A stretch of DNA of 64,000 bases from Gammaproteobacteria bacterium. GTDB taxonomy: Bacteria; Pseudomonadota; Gammaproteobacteria; UBA4575. Each line of letters opens with the position of its first letter. The first letter of the stretch is position 1. Made by a program: the position numbers and the translations under genes. The notes beneath the pieces are model-generated. The model was given only the letters and a program-made list of their open reading frames with translations, was not told the DNA's origin and searched no databases. This document shows, piece by piece, positions 7,905-16,784 of the stretch. The stretch spans positions 285,231 through 349,230 of the forward strand of contig OZ242174.1 in NCBI GenBank assembly GCA_965205685.1, read 5' to 3'.

Positions 7905-10846
7905 TGCAGGACACCCAGCCCGCCTACTCCTCGATCGCCGAACTCGCGGCCCGCCTGGGGACTGACGTGCCCTGTGCCGGTAACCTGCCGGTGAAGCTCG
8001 ACGATGCGGACAGCATCTGGCTCATTGACCGGGGCACCGTCAACCTGTTTTTAGTCGAGCTCAAGGACGGTGTGGAGCAGTCGTCTCCACAGCATCTGCT
8101 GCGCCGCGAGGCGGGCTGGTTCCTGCCAGGGGTTCCTGCGCGCGAACCTGATGCGCAGGATGGAACCACGCTGAGCCTGGTAGCCAAGGGTCTGCCCTGC
8201 ACCTTGCTGAAACGCTTGCCGGTCTCCCTGCTGTCCAAGGTGCACCCGGGCGAGCTTGCCGAGCAGACCGATGCCTGGCTGAGCGAGATGACCGACACGC
8301 TGTCGCGCTTCGCCACGCCCGCACCGCGCCCGACGGCCCTGGCCGAGGCCGGTGCGATACAGGTCCCGGCGCATAGCACGCTGTCGGTGCAGCGCAAGGT
8401 GGTGTGGGCGTCCCCGCACCCGGGCAGTGCGCTGCTGTTCATGGACATCGTCGATCCGATGGAGTTGGCCGAGGCCAGCGGCGCAGGGGATGCGGTTCTG
8501 CCGCTGACCCGCACCAGCTGGCTGACCACGCTGGAGGAGACCACGCTGGAGTGCGTGAGCACGCAAACCCTGGCCGAGCAGGGCCGCCTGCAGGGCGCAC
8601 TGTCGTATTTTCATGAGGTCGCCTTCACCCTGGAGCGCCTGAACCGCCGCCTAGCCGTGGTCGACGATGTGAACCTCGAACGTGCCCGCACAACGAGCCG
8701 GCGCACGGCCGAGAAGGCGGCCCGCGCGCGCCTGTTCAACCTCTACGACCAGCCGGTGGGCCGCTATGCCGGCCTTGAGGACACCACCTTGGTCGATGCC
8801 CTGCAGGTCATTGGCCGCCACGAGGGTATCGATTTTAAGATTCCCGTACGTTCCGGGCCTTCGCAGGCTTCGCTCGGCTTGGTCGACGTGCTGGATGCCT
8901 CCGGAGTGCGCGCAAGGCGCGTGCGGCTCAAGGACGAGGACCGGTGGTGGCGCACCGACAGCCACGCGATGCTGGGATTTCGTGCCAAGGACGGCCAGCC
9001 CGTGGCCCTGCTGCCGGGTGTGTTCGGCGGCTACCGCGAAATCGACCCGGTCAGCAAGCGCACGGTTCGCGTCAGCCAGGAACGCGCAGATGCACTGCGT
9101 GAGGACGCGTGGATGTTCTACCGCCCCTTGCCTGCAGACGAGGTGAAACCGGCGGACCTGCTGGGCCTGGCTCTGCAGGGATCGGGACCGGACATTGCCC
9201 GGCTGGTGCTCGCAGGACTTCCCTACGGGCTGATCCAGTTGTTGCCGGCCATCGCGCTTGGCTTTGTCGCCCATGAAATCGCCGCAGGCGGCACTGCCGG
9301 TGCGATCTACGCCGTGGCCTGGGTGTTGGCCGGGTTCGGCCTTCTCGGGGCACTGCTGCACCTCGCGCAAAGTACGGCGATGATGCGTCTTGAGGGGCGC
9401 TCGGCCTCGCGCGCAGAAGCGGCCTTCTGGGACCGCCTCATGCGATTGCCGCCGGCCATCCTGCACCGCCATCCGTCAGGCGACCTGGCGATGTCGGGCA
9501 TGACCTTCCAGAACCTTCGAGACGGCCTGCAGGGAGTGGTCGCCGACAGCTTCCTGTCAGTCATCTTCCTGGCCCCGGTGTTTGCCGTCATCTTCTTCTA
9601 CGATGCCGCCCTCGGCAGTCTCGCCCTGGCCTTCAGCCTGGGGTCGCTGCTCATTACAGGGATGCTCGGTGTCCTGCAGATTGCCCCGTACGGGCGCATG
9701 ATTCGTGCGTCACGGCGTGTCGCCGGGCGCCTGTTCCAGATCGTTGGCGGCTTTGCCAAGCTGCGCGTGGAAAATGCCGAAGGCTCCGCGTTTGCCATGT
9801 GGGCCGAGGACTACCGCGAGCAAAAACGCGCGGAACTCGATTTGAGCGTGCTGGAGGGGCATTCGCGGGCGTTTTCCGCAGCATTGCCGTTTCTCGCGGG
9901 AGCCTTCTTGCTGCTGGCCGCAGTGACCGTCGGCGAGCGCATCATGCCGGTCGGTGATTTTCTGGTCGTCTACCTGGTCTTCATCGCCTTCCAGAGCGCG
10001 ATCGCACGCCTTGGCGAGTCTCTGGGGACCGTTGCGGCCCTGTTGCCGGCGTTCAAGCAGATGCGCCCGCTGCTGGCTGCAGATCCAGAAACCGAGACCG
10101 AAGGCGAGCCGGTGGAATACCTGGGCGGGGACCTCCTGTTCGACCGCATCTCGTTTCGCTACGACCCGGACGGCCCGCTGATTCTCGACGATGTCACGAT
10201 CCACGCACGCGCAGGCGAGTTCATCGCCATCGCCGGCGAGTCCGGCACCGGCAAGAGCACCCTGTTTCGCCTCGCACTCGGCATCGACCGGCCCACGGCG
10301 GGCGCGGTGTACTACGACGGGCGCGATGTGCGCCACCTGAACCTGCGCCAGCTGCGCCGCAAGGTTGGTGCGGTGCCGCAAGCCGTGGGACTTCACCCCC
10401 TGGATATCTGGGACAACCTGGTCAGCCATCATGACGGGATCACCACCGAAGAGGTCTGGGAGGCGGTGCGAACCGCCGAAGTCGAGAAAGAGATCAAGGC
10501 CATGCCCATGGGCATGATGACCATGGTCGGCGCTAGCGGCTCGGTGCTGTCTGGTGGCGAGAGCCAGCGCGTCACCATCGCCCGCTCGGTGATCGGCAAG
10601 CCGCGGATCATGTTGTTCGACGAGGCGACCAACTGGCTGGATAACGAAAACCAGGCCCGGGTCATGGACAACCTGACCGACCTGACCTCTACCCGGCTGG
10701 TCATCGCCCACCGCCTGTCCACGCTCGAGCAGGCGGATCGCATCTACGTGCTGTCCGGCGGCAAGGTGGTGCAGCACGGCAGCTTCGAGGAACTCATGGA
10801 AGAGGACGGGGTGTTCAAGGAACTGGTCAAAAGGCAGATCGCCTGA
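7904..10846 (+). CDS. second ABC exporter of the NHLP bacteriocin system (long N-terminal extension, permease and ATPase)
   Basis: A ~430-aa N-terminal domain precedes the TM domain. Walker A GESGTGKST, signature LSGGESQRVTIAR, Walker B MLFDEATNWLD. ATG overlaps the preceding stop (TAATG). Confidence 0.85.
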   Translation: MQDTQPAYSSIAELAARLGTDVPCAGNLPVKLDDADSIWLIDRGTVNLFLVELKDGVEQSSPQHLLRREAGWFLPGVPAREPDAQDGTTLSLVAKGLPCTLLKRLPVSLLSKVHPGELAEQTDAWLSEMTDTLSRFATPAPRPTALAEAGAIQVPAHSTLSVQRKVVWASPHPGSALLFMDIVDPMELAEASGAGDAVLPLTRTSWLTTLEETTLECVSTQTLAEQGRLQGALSYFHEVAFTLERLNRRLAVVDDVNLERARTTSRRTAEKAARARLFNLYDQPVGRYAGLEDTTLVDALQVIGRHEGIDFKIPVRSGPSQASLGLVDVLDASGVRARRVRLKDEDRWWRTDSHAMLGFRAKDGQPVALLPGVFGGYREIDPVSKRTVRVSQERADALREDAWMFYRPLPADEVKPADLLGLALQGSGPDIARLVLAGLPYGLIQLLPAIALGFVAHEIAAGGTAGAIYAVAWVLAGFGLLGALLHLAQSTAMMRLEGRSASRAEAAFWDRLMRLPPAILHRHPSGDLAMSGMTFQNLRDGLQGVVADSFLSVIFLAPVFAVIFFYDAALGSLALAFSLGSLLITGMLGVLQIAPYGRMIRASRRVAGRLFQIVGGFAKLRVENAEGSAFAMWAEDYREQKRAELDLSVLEGHSRAFSAALPFLAGAFLLLAAVTVGERIMPVGDFLVVYLVFIAFQSAIARLGESLGTVAALLPAFKQMRPLLAADPETETEGEPVEYLGGDLLFDRISFRYDPDGPLILDDVTIHARAGEFIAIAGESGTGKSTLFRLALGIDRPTAGAVYYDGRDVRHLNLRQLRRKVGAVPQAVGLHPLDIWDNLVSHHDGITTEEVWEAVRTAEVEKEIKAMPMGMMTMVGASGSVLSGGESQRVTIARSVIGKPRIMLFDEATNWLDNENQARVMDNLTDLTSTRLVIAHRLSTLEQADRIYVLSGGKVVQHGSFEELMEEDGVFKELVKRQIA

Positions 10847-10900
10847 TCCGAACCCGAACGGTCCACTTCGACTCCACAGCAGGCTTGTGAAAACACTCCC

Positions 10901-12196
10901 ATGAACCCTCCCATCGATGGTGCAGGCCAGCTCATTTTGCGTGCGGGCCGGGACGAAGGCTTTCGACAACGCCTCATCGATAATCCCAGGCAGGCCATCG
11001 AGGAGGCCCTCGGCGTGAAGATCTCCGCAGACCAGCAGGTGTTCGTGCACGAGTCGAATGAAACCGAAGCCCACCTTGTGCTGCCGCCGGTGAGCACGCG
11101 CACGCCAGCCGAACGCGAGGCCGCGAGAACCGGCGTGGCCTCCCTGGAGTTTCTTCGCAAGACGCTGCACGACCCGGCCCCGCCGATGCGCACTCCCGCA
11201 CCGGCCCGGGCAGTGGACCCCGGGGCGGGCGCCGAGGACCTGGCGTCGGCCGCGCGCAACAGTATCGGTCGTGGCCTCGAATTCCTGCAATCCAGCATCA
11301 CCGATGACGGTGCCTGGCACTGCATTCGCTTCAACATTGCCGATCCCGAGGTGCCCCGGCATTTCGAGCGGCCTGCATTCGTGACGGCATTTTGCGTACT
11401 GGCCCTGCAAGGCTGCGGAGATGTGCGCGCGAAGGCCCTGTACGAGACGAGCCGGGCGTACCTGATGGACACCATGGAATATCCCGGCATGTGGCGCTAC
11501 TACCGCCACCTGCCCCAGGATCTGGACAGCACGACCCTGTGCTCGCTGATCCTTGGTTCGCATCCGTGGATCGCGCTCGGGCGAAACGTGGCAAAGATCC
11601 TGTCGAACCGCGATGCACAGGGCCGTTTCCTGACTTGGGTGCTGGGCGAGGACGAGCCCGATGTCGTGTCAAAATTTCGCATCGAGGCCGACCCGGTGGT
11701 GAATGCGAACGTCATCGCCTACCTCGGCGATCACCCGCAGACCCGTCCCGCGCAGCGCTGGCTCGAAGAGCTGGTACGCGAGGACCGCGTACAGGGCACC
11801 TCGAAATGGTATCCCGATACGATAGCGATCTACTACGCCATCACGCGCACAATGGTGCGCGCTCGCCCCGCGCTCGAGTCGCTTCGCCCGATCCTGGCAG
11901 ACCGTATCCTCGGTCTTCGCGACCCCGAGGGCGGGTTTGGCAACCTACTGCAAAGCGCCCAGGCAGTCTCGGCGCTCGACAACGTGCAGTGCCTGGGCCG
12001 TATCGACATGAAAGTCGAGCTGGCCCGCCTGCTGGGTGCACAGCACGAGGACGGAAGCTGGCCGGAGCTGCTCGCTTTCGGCGACCAGACGCTCAAGTGG
12101 GGGGTGGTCGGTCAGTTCGGACACGCCTCGGAGCCCGTGACCACGGCCTTCTGCATCGAGGCGCTGGGACGCCTCGCACAAGCGCTGAGCAGCTGA
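10901..12196 (+). CDS. NHLP leader-peptide domain fused to a prenyltransferase/squalene-cyclase-repeat (alpha/alpha-toroid) domain
   Basis: Residues ~18-63 (GFRQRLIDNPRQAIEEALGVKISADQQVFVHESNETEAHLVLPP) are paralogous to the leader of the precursor at 13475..13726. After a Pro/Ala-rich linker there are QW-type repeats (RGLEFLQSSITDDGAWH, DAQGRF, DPEGGFGN, HEDGSWP). Confidence 0.7.
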   Translation: MNPPIDGAGQLILRAGRDEGFRQRLIDNPRQAIEEALGVKISADQQVFVHESNETEAHLVLPPVSTRTPAEREAARTGVASLEFLRKTLHDPAPPMRTPAPARAVDPGAGAEDLASAARNSIGRGLEFLQSSITDDGAWHCIRFNIADPEVPRHFERPAFVTAFCVLALQGCGDVRAKALYETSRAYLMDTMEYPGMWRYYRHLPQDLDSTTLCSLILGSHPWIALGRNVAKILSNRDAQGRFLTWVLGEDEPDVVSKFRIEADPVVNANVIAYLGDHPQTRPAQRWLEELVREDRVQGTSKWYPDTIAIYYAITRTMVRARPALESLRPILADRILGLRDPEGGFGNLLQSAQAVSALDNVQCLGRIDMKVELARLLGAQHEDGSWPELLAFGDQTLKWGVVGQFGHASEPVTTAFCIEALGRLAQALSS

Positions 12197-12207
12197 GGAA
12201 GTAAGGT

Positions 12208-13347
12208 ATGGCATCTGCCCCAGAGGACATCAGCATCGACGAGGCCATCCTGCTGACCCAGGAGCGCCTAGACGATGAAGGCGACAGCATGGCCGACTTG
12301 CTCGAGCACTTTCGCGAGCGAATCTCGCCGGTGCTGATCGGCGACTCCCAATGGACCCGAGTACTCGATTGCGTCGCCAAGCTTCCGATCACCATGGCGG
12401 CCCTTCCCTTCGGTTTCGAACTGCCCCTGCATGAGACAGCACCGCTGGCGGATTTTGGCGCCTCGCTGGCTGCCGGCACGCGATCGGCCGAACCATTCCT
12501 TGCCCGTGCGAAGGCGGACCCCGGCGATGCACTGGCGTGCGCGATCGCCCGCCTGTTCCGCCAGATGGAGGCCGAGCCCTCGCCGCTTCGCGAGGTGGTC
12601 GGGCGAAAGCTCATGCTCGAATATGACATCGGTTCGGCCGGGCCGGGCAAGCCGCCCTTCCCTGGCATGTTTTTGCGCCCCGGCGAGCGCCCGATACTCG
12701 GGGCCTGCGAGCAGCACGACGAGGTTGCCCTGGTGGCGGATGCGCTGGTGTCCTGTCTTGGCTGGTCGATGGATGAGGCCCATCGCGGGCACATTGAACG
12801 CAGCTACCGGATGCAGCCCGAGGATACGCGCATGGACTCGTTCGGTGTGTTTCCCTCACGCTCGCAAGCCATACGCCTGGCGGTCATGGGCTTTCGCTCG
12901 AGCGCACAGCTTGGCGAGTATCTTGAGAACACCGGCTGGCCCGGGGACATTGCAGCCGTCGATGCGGTGCTCAAGCGATTCGCTGAGCGCGCGGACATCG
13001 TTCGCACCGGCATCAATATCGACGTCCAGGAGCAGGGCCTGGGTCCGACGCTGGGCCTGACGCTGATCGTCAAGCAGCGCTATACGAAAGATTCCCGCTA
13101 CTGGCTCGATGGCCTGACCGACTGGGAGCCGTTCCTTGAGGCGCTGGGCCAGGAGGCGCTGGTGGACCGGGACAAGCTGGCCGAGCTGGCCACGTGGGTG
13201 AGCAAGCCGACGACGCTGTTTGCGAAGTCCGGGCGCTTTGTGCTGCTGCGTGGCATCCACCACATCAAGCTGGTGATCTCCGAGAATGAACTGCGAAAAG
13301 CCAAGGCCTACGTGTTCATGGTGCTGTCCGGTGCGGTCAGTTTCTGA
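12208..13347 (+). CDS. hypothetical protein, co-transcribed with the leader-toroid fusion
   Basis: Clean 379-aa ORF, 11 nt after the upstream stop. No recognisable family. Confidence 0.45.
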   Translation: MASAPEDISIDEAILLTQERLDDEGDSMADLLEHFRERISPVLIGDSQWTRVLDCVAKLPITMAALPFGFELPLHETAPLADFGASLAAGTRSAEPFLARAKADPGDALACAIARLFRQMEAEPSPLREVVGRKLMLEYDIGSAGPGKPPFPGMFLRPGERPILGACEQHDEVALVADALVSCLGWSMDEAHRGHIERSYRMQPEDTRMDSFGVFPSRSQAIRLAVMGFRSSAQLGEYLENTGWPGDIAAVDAVLKRFAERADIVRTGINIDVQEQGLGPTLGLTLIVKQRYTKDSRYWLDGLTDWEPFLEALGQEALVDRDKLAELATWVSKPTTLFAKSGRFVLLRGIHHIKLVISENELRKAKAYVFMVLSGAVSF

Positions 13348-13372
13348 ATTCGTCCCGGGTAAGCGGACGAAA

Positions 13373-13467
13373 CCCTCCGTCCCGGTGCGGGACGGAGGGT
13401 CAGTCTAGATAAAAGCAGATCGACGCAGGCGCGGATGGCCTGCGTCTGGACCGGCTAGTAGCCGGTC
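13373..13467. terminator. cluster of three stem-loops between convergent genes (bidirectional terminator region)
   Basis: CCCTCCGTCCC-ggtgc-GGGACGGAGGG, GACGCAGG-n9-CCTGCGTC and GACCGGCT-agt-AGCCGGTC. The last lies ~8 nt past the precursor stop. Confidence 0.45.
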
Positions 13468-13474
13468 ATCGGTG

Positions 13475-13726
13475 TTACCAGCAGCAGCAAAGCCCGGCGG
13501 AAATCGCTTCGAGCTGCTCTTCGCTGATGTTCGGGTCCGGTGGCAGGGCAAGATGCACCGTCTGCATGTCGCTCTCATGGACCACAACGTTCATCGACTC
13601 GGGCATGGTAATGCCCAACTCTGCGCTGATGGTAGATTTCGGGTCATCGAGAAGCTGTTGCCTGAATTCTGTGTCCAGGGCAGACTTCTCAACAATCTGC
13701 TTAAGCATGTCATCGCCGCTTCTCAT
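13475..13726 (-). CDS. NHLP-family RiPP precursor peptide, predicted core LCCCW
   Basis: Leader motif FRQQLLDDPKSTISAELGITMPESMNVVVHESDMQTVHLALPPDP. A double-glycine-type site QLEAISAG (L-7, I-4, AG-2/-1) is followed by the C-terminal LCCCW. AAGGAGG lies 6 nt before the ATG. Confidence 0.75.
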   Translation of the reverse strand: MRSGDDMLKQIVEKSALDTEFRQQLLDDPKSTISAELGITMPESMNVVVHESDMQTVHLALPPDPNISEEQLEAISAGLCCCW

Positions 13727-13891
13727 GGCAATCCTCCTTAGTAATACATCGAATACCGTGTTGTTGTTGGATTCATGCTAGCGCGTTCACCTGCACCACT
13801 CAAGATTTTTAAGTAGTTAGGGGCTTGATGGGTTTTTGCCCGATCACGGGAATCCGGTCAGGACAACGCAATCCGTTGCACGGCCGTGCGC

Positions 13892-14329
13892 CTACTTGAA
13901 CGTCTCGTCCCCCTCGAAGATGCCCTGCAGGCGGATCTTGCTCTTCTTGTTGGCCATTTCAGTGCGGATCCGCTGCTCCATGAACCATGCCGTTTTCTGG
14001 TTCAGGATCAGACTGCGGGCCAGCCGGTAGCTGGACAGGTTTTTCCCGGCATGGACGATCAGGCCGACCGCCAGAAACCATTTTTGCAGCGGGATGCGGG
14101 TCTTCTCGAACAGCGTGCCCGAAAGGACGTTGAAGCTGGACCTGCATCCATGGCAGTTCCAGCGCCCGACGCGACCCGAGTCTATCTTTCTGGCCACGCG
14201 GACACTTCCACAATGCGGGCAACGGGGCTGATCCCCCCAGCGGAGCCCTTCAAGGTGCCCAATGCAGGCCGCCTGGTCCGGGAAGCGGTGGAAGATCCGC
14301 AGGATGTCGATGGCTCGAGCTTTGGCCAT
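13892..14329 (-). mobile_element. IS1595-family transposase N-terminal fragment (remnant)
   Basis: Zinc-ribbon CPHCGS…CHGC and IS1595-type N-terminus. It is only 145 aa, the DDE domain is absent, and no inverted repeats were identified. Confidence 0.55.
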
Positions 14330-14439
14330 GGTAGCGAACAGTCTAGGTCAGCGAACCCTGAAAGTTAAGCCCCTGATGGCTTGGCCGCTGCAGTAAGGCG
14401 GTTCGGGTCTCCCGGCATTCGCCCCGACAAAAGGGCGGA

Positions 14440-16773
14440 TCAGGGTGAGGCCGCGGAGGACTTTCCGGGCATTCGGTCCACCAGCATCAACAGCGCCGGC
14501 AAGAGGGTCAGGTCGGCCACCAGCGCAAAGCCGATGATCAACGCGGTCAGCACGCCCACCTGCGCGGTGGGCACGAACGGCGAGAACACGAAGATCAGGA
14601 AGCCCGCGACCAGCACGAGCGTGGTGGTGAGCAGCGCGCGCCCAGCCGTATCGAAGGCATAATGAATGGCCTGCTCGGGCGCCTGGCCGTATTCGCGGCG
14701 CGCCCTCTGGTACTTGCTTAGAAAATGCACCGTGTCGTCGACGACGATGCCGACGGTCATGGCGACCACGACCGAGAGCGAAAGCCCCACCTGCCCGACC
14801 GTCAACCCCCAGACCCCGAAGCCCAGCGCCGCCGGCACCAGGTTGGGCACGATGCTGATCAGGCCCAGGCGAATCGACTGCAGGGCGATCAGCAGGATGG
14901 CGGAAATTGCCACCAGCACCAGCACGGTGCCAATCAGCATGGCGCGGATGTTGCGCTGTCCGATATAGGCGAACAGGGCCGCCGGCCCGGTGCTGTTGAT
15001 CTCGGTAATGTCCGATGCGTTCTCGGCCAGCCAGGCGTTGGCGTGCGAATTCAGCTCCAGCACCTCCCGCGAGGACAGCGTCTCGGCCGAGACCGAGACG
15101 CGCGTCGCCGACCTCGAGCGGTCGATCTGGTTGTTCATGTCCAGGCCCTGCGGCAGCGACAGCTCGTACAGCAGCAGGTACTGCGCCGCGAGCTCCTGGC
15201 TTTCCGGGAGCCGGTAGGCCGCGGGATCATCGCCATGCATGCTCATGTTGAGTTGCTGGAAGGTGTCTGTGATGACCGCGACGTGGCGCACCGGGGGCTG
15301 TTCACGGTACCACTCGGCAAACCGGGCGATCTCGGTCAGGAAATCCGGGTGGGTGGCCCCGCCTTCCTCGGGAGCGTGCAGCGAGTACTCCAGCAGGGTG
15401 TTGCCGCTCAGGTGCTCGTCCATGAAATCGGTGTCCTGGCGAAACTCCGTGCCCTCGTCGAAAAAGTGCACCAGCACGTCGCTGAGCTCGTTGCGGGGAA
15501 TGGCCGTGAGCATGACCGGAACGATCACCAGCCAGGTGACGAACAGCGCAGTCCTGTAGCGCAGCACGGTGTTGGCGAGGCGCTCGATGGTGACCGCACC
15601 CAGCTTTCGCTCTGGGCGCGCACGAAACGGCAACAGCGAGATCAGGGCCGGCAGGAAGGTCACCGAGAGCGTGAAGGAGGCGACGATGCCGATGGCGATG
15701 AAGTTGCCGAGATGACGGTAGGGCGGCACCTCGGAGAAATTCATGCTCAAAAACCCGAGCGCGGTGGTCAGGCTCGCCAGAAACACCGGGTGCAGGTTGT
15801 ATCTGAGCGACTCGACGATGGCCTCATTCTTGGAATCGCCCGCGCGAAGCCGCTGCTGCAGGGCCACCAGCAGGTGCACGCAGTTGGCCACGACGATCAT
15901 CAGCACGATGGTCGGAGCCGGCGAGATGGGCGGCGAGAACGGCAGGCCAAGCCACACGCCACCGCCAAGGGATACGAGGATGGAAAAGACGATCACCAGG
16001 CCGGTCGCGGCCACACCCGTCCAGCTGCGGACGAGCAGGCCGAGAATCACGGCCATGAGCACGAGGCTGGCCGGCAGGAAAATCTTCTGGCTGTCGACCG
16101 AGGCCTCGACAAAGGTCTGGCTGACCATGACCGTGCCGACGATGCGAAGGTCAATGCCCGGGAAGCGCTGCTCGCCCTCGCCAGCCACCTTGCGGGCGTA
16201 CCCGGTCACTTCTGCCACGGCCTCGAGCAGCCCCTCCTCCGGCGGCTCCAGGGTGACGTTGACGACACTGACATCGCCGCCGCGCCCGAGGATGCTGCCG
16301 GCGATCCTGGGGTCGGACAGCGCAATGGCCCGGATCTGCTTGCGAACCTCGGCATCGTCCAGTGTTTGCGGGTCGATGAGGTCGCGCACGTACAGGTCAT
16401 CGCCGTCGGCGGTGGTGTACTGGAAGTTGGCGAGCGAGTCCACGCGTCGCGAATAGGGCGTTCGCCAGGCGGCCTCGGTCAGCCAGACGGTGGCCGAAAG
16501 CGCGTTTTGCGAGGTGGCGTCACCGTCGTCGGGGACGATCAGGAACGCGAGGTTCTCGTTCTTGCCGTAGGTTTTCTCAAGCGCCTCCAGATCCAGCAGC
16601 TGCGGGTTGTCTCCATCGAAGAAGATGCGGTAGTTGGCGGAGAACTCAAATCGCGCGATGCCGCTTGCAGCGAGGGCCACCAGCACCAGCGAGGCGACAA
16701 TGATTGGCCAGCGCCAGGCGATCACCCACTCGCCAAAGCGCATCGCAAACGGTGGATGTCCGGGTGTATTCAC
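14440..16773 (-). CDS. RND-superfamily exporter (COG1033 / MMPL/HpnN-like)
   Basis: 777 aa with twelve predicted TM segments in two blocks separated by large periplasmic loops. The N-terminus MRFGEWVIAWRWPIIVASLVLVALAASG is typical of this family. Confidence 0.85.
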   Translation of the reverse strand: MNTPGHPPFAMRFGEWVIAWRWPIIVASLVLVALAASGIARFEFSANYRIFFDGDNPQLLDLEALEKTYGKNENLAFLIVPDDGDATSQNALSATVWLTEAAWRTPYSRRVDSLANFQYTTADGDDLYVRDLIDPQTLDDAEVRKQIRAIALSDPRIAGSILGRGGDVSVVNVTLEPPEEGLLEAVAEVTGYARKVAGEGEQRFPGIDLRIVGTVMVSQTFVEASVDSQKIFLPASLVLMAVILGLLVRSWTGVAATGLVIVFSILVSLGGGVWLGLPFSPPISPAPTIVLMIVVANCVHLLVALQQRLRAGDSKNEAIVESLRYNLHPVFLASLTTALGFLSMNFSEVPPYRHLGNFIAIGIVASFTLSVTFLPALISLLPFRARPERKLGAVTIERLANTVLRYRTALFVTWLVIVPVMLTAIPRNELSDVLVHFFDEGTEFRQDTDFMDEHLSGNTLLEYSLHAPEEGGATHPDFLTEIARFAEWYREQPPVRHVAVITDTFQQLNMSMHGDDPAAYRLPESQELAAQYLLLYELSLPQGLDMNNQIDRSRSATRVSVSAETLSSREVLELNSHANAWLAENASDITEINSTGPAALFAYIGQRNIRAMLIGTVLVLVAISAILLIALQSIRLGLISIVPNLVPAALGFGVWGLTVGQVGLSLSVVVAMTVGIVVDDTVHFLSKYQRARREYGQAPEQAIHYAFDTAGRALLTTTLVLVAGFLIFVFSPFVPTAQVGVLTALIIGFALVADLTLLPALLMLVDRMPGKSSAASP

Positions 16774-16784
16774 GCTGCGGTGCC

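Noticed and set aside
9710-11563. 617-aa minus-strand ORF
   Set aside because: It is antisense to the ABC exporter and leader-toroid genes, which have clear motifs. It is a high-GC frame artefact.
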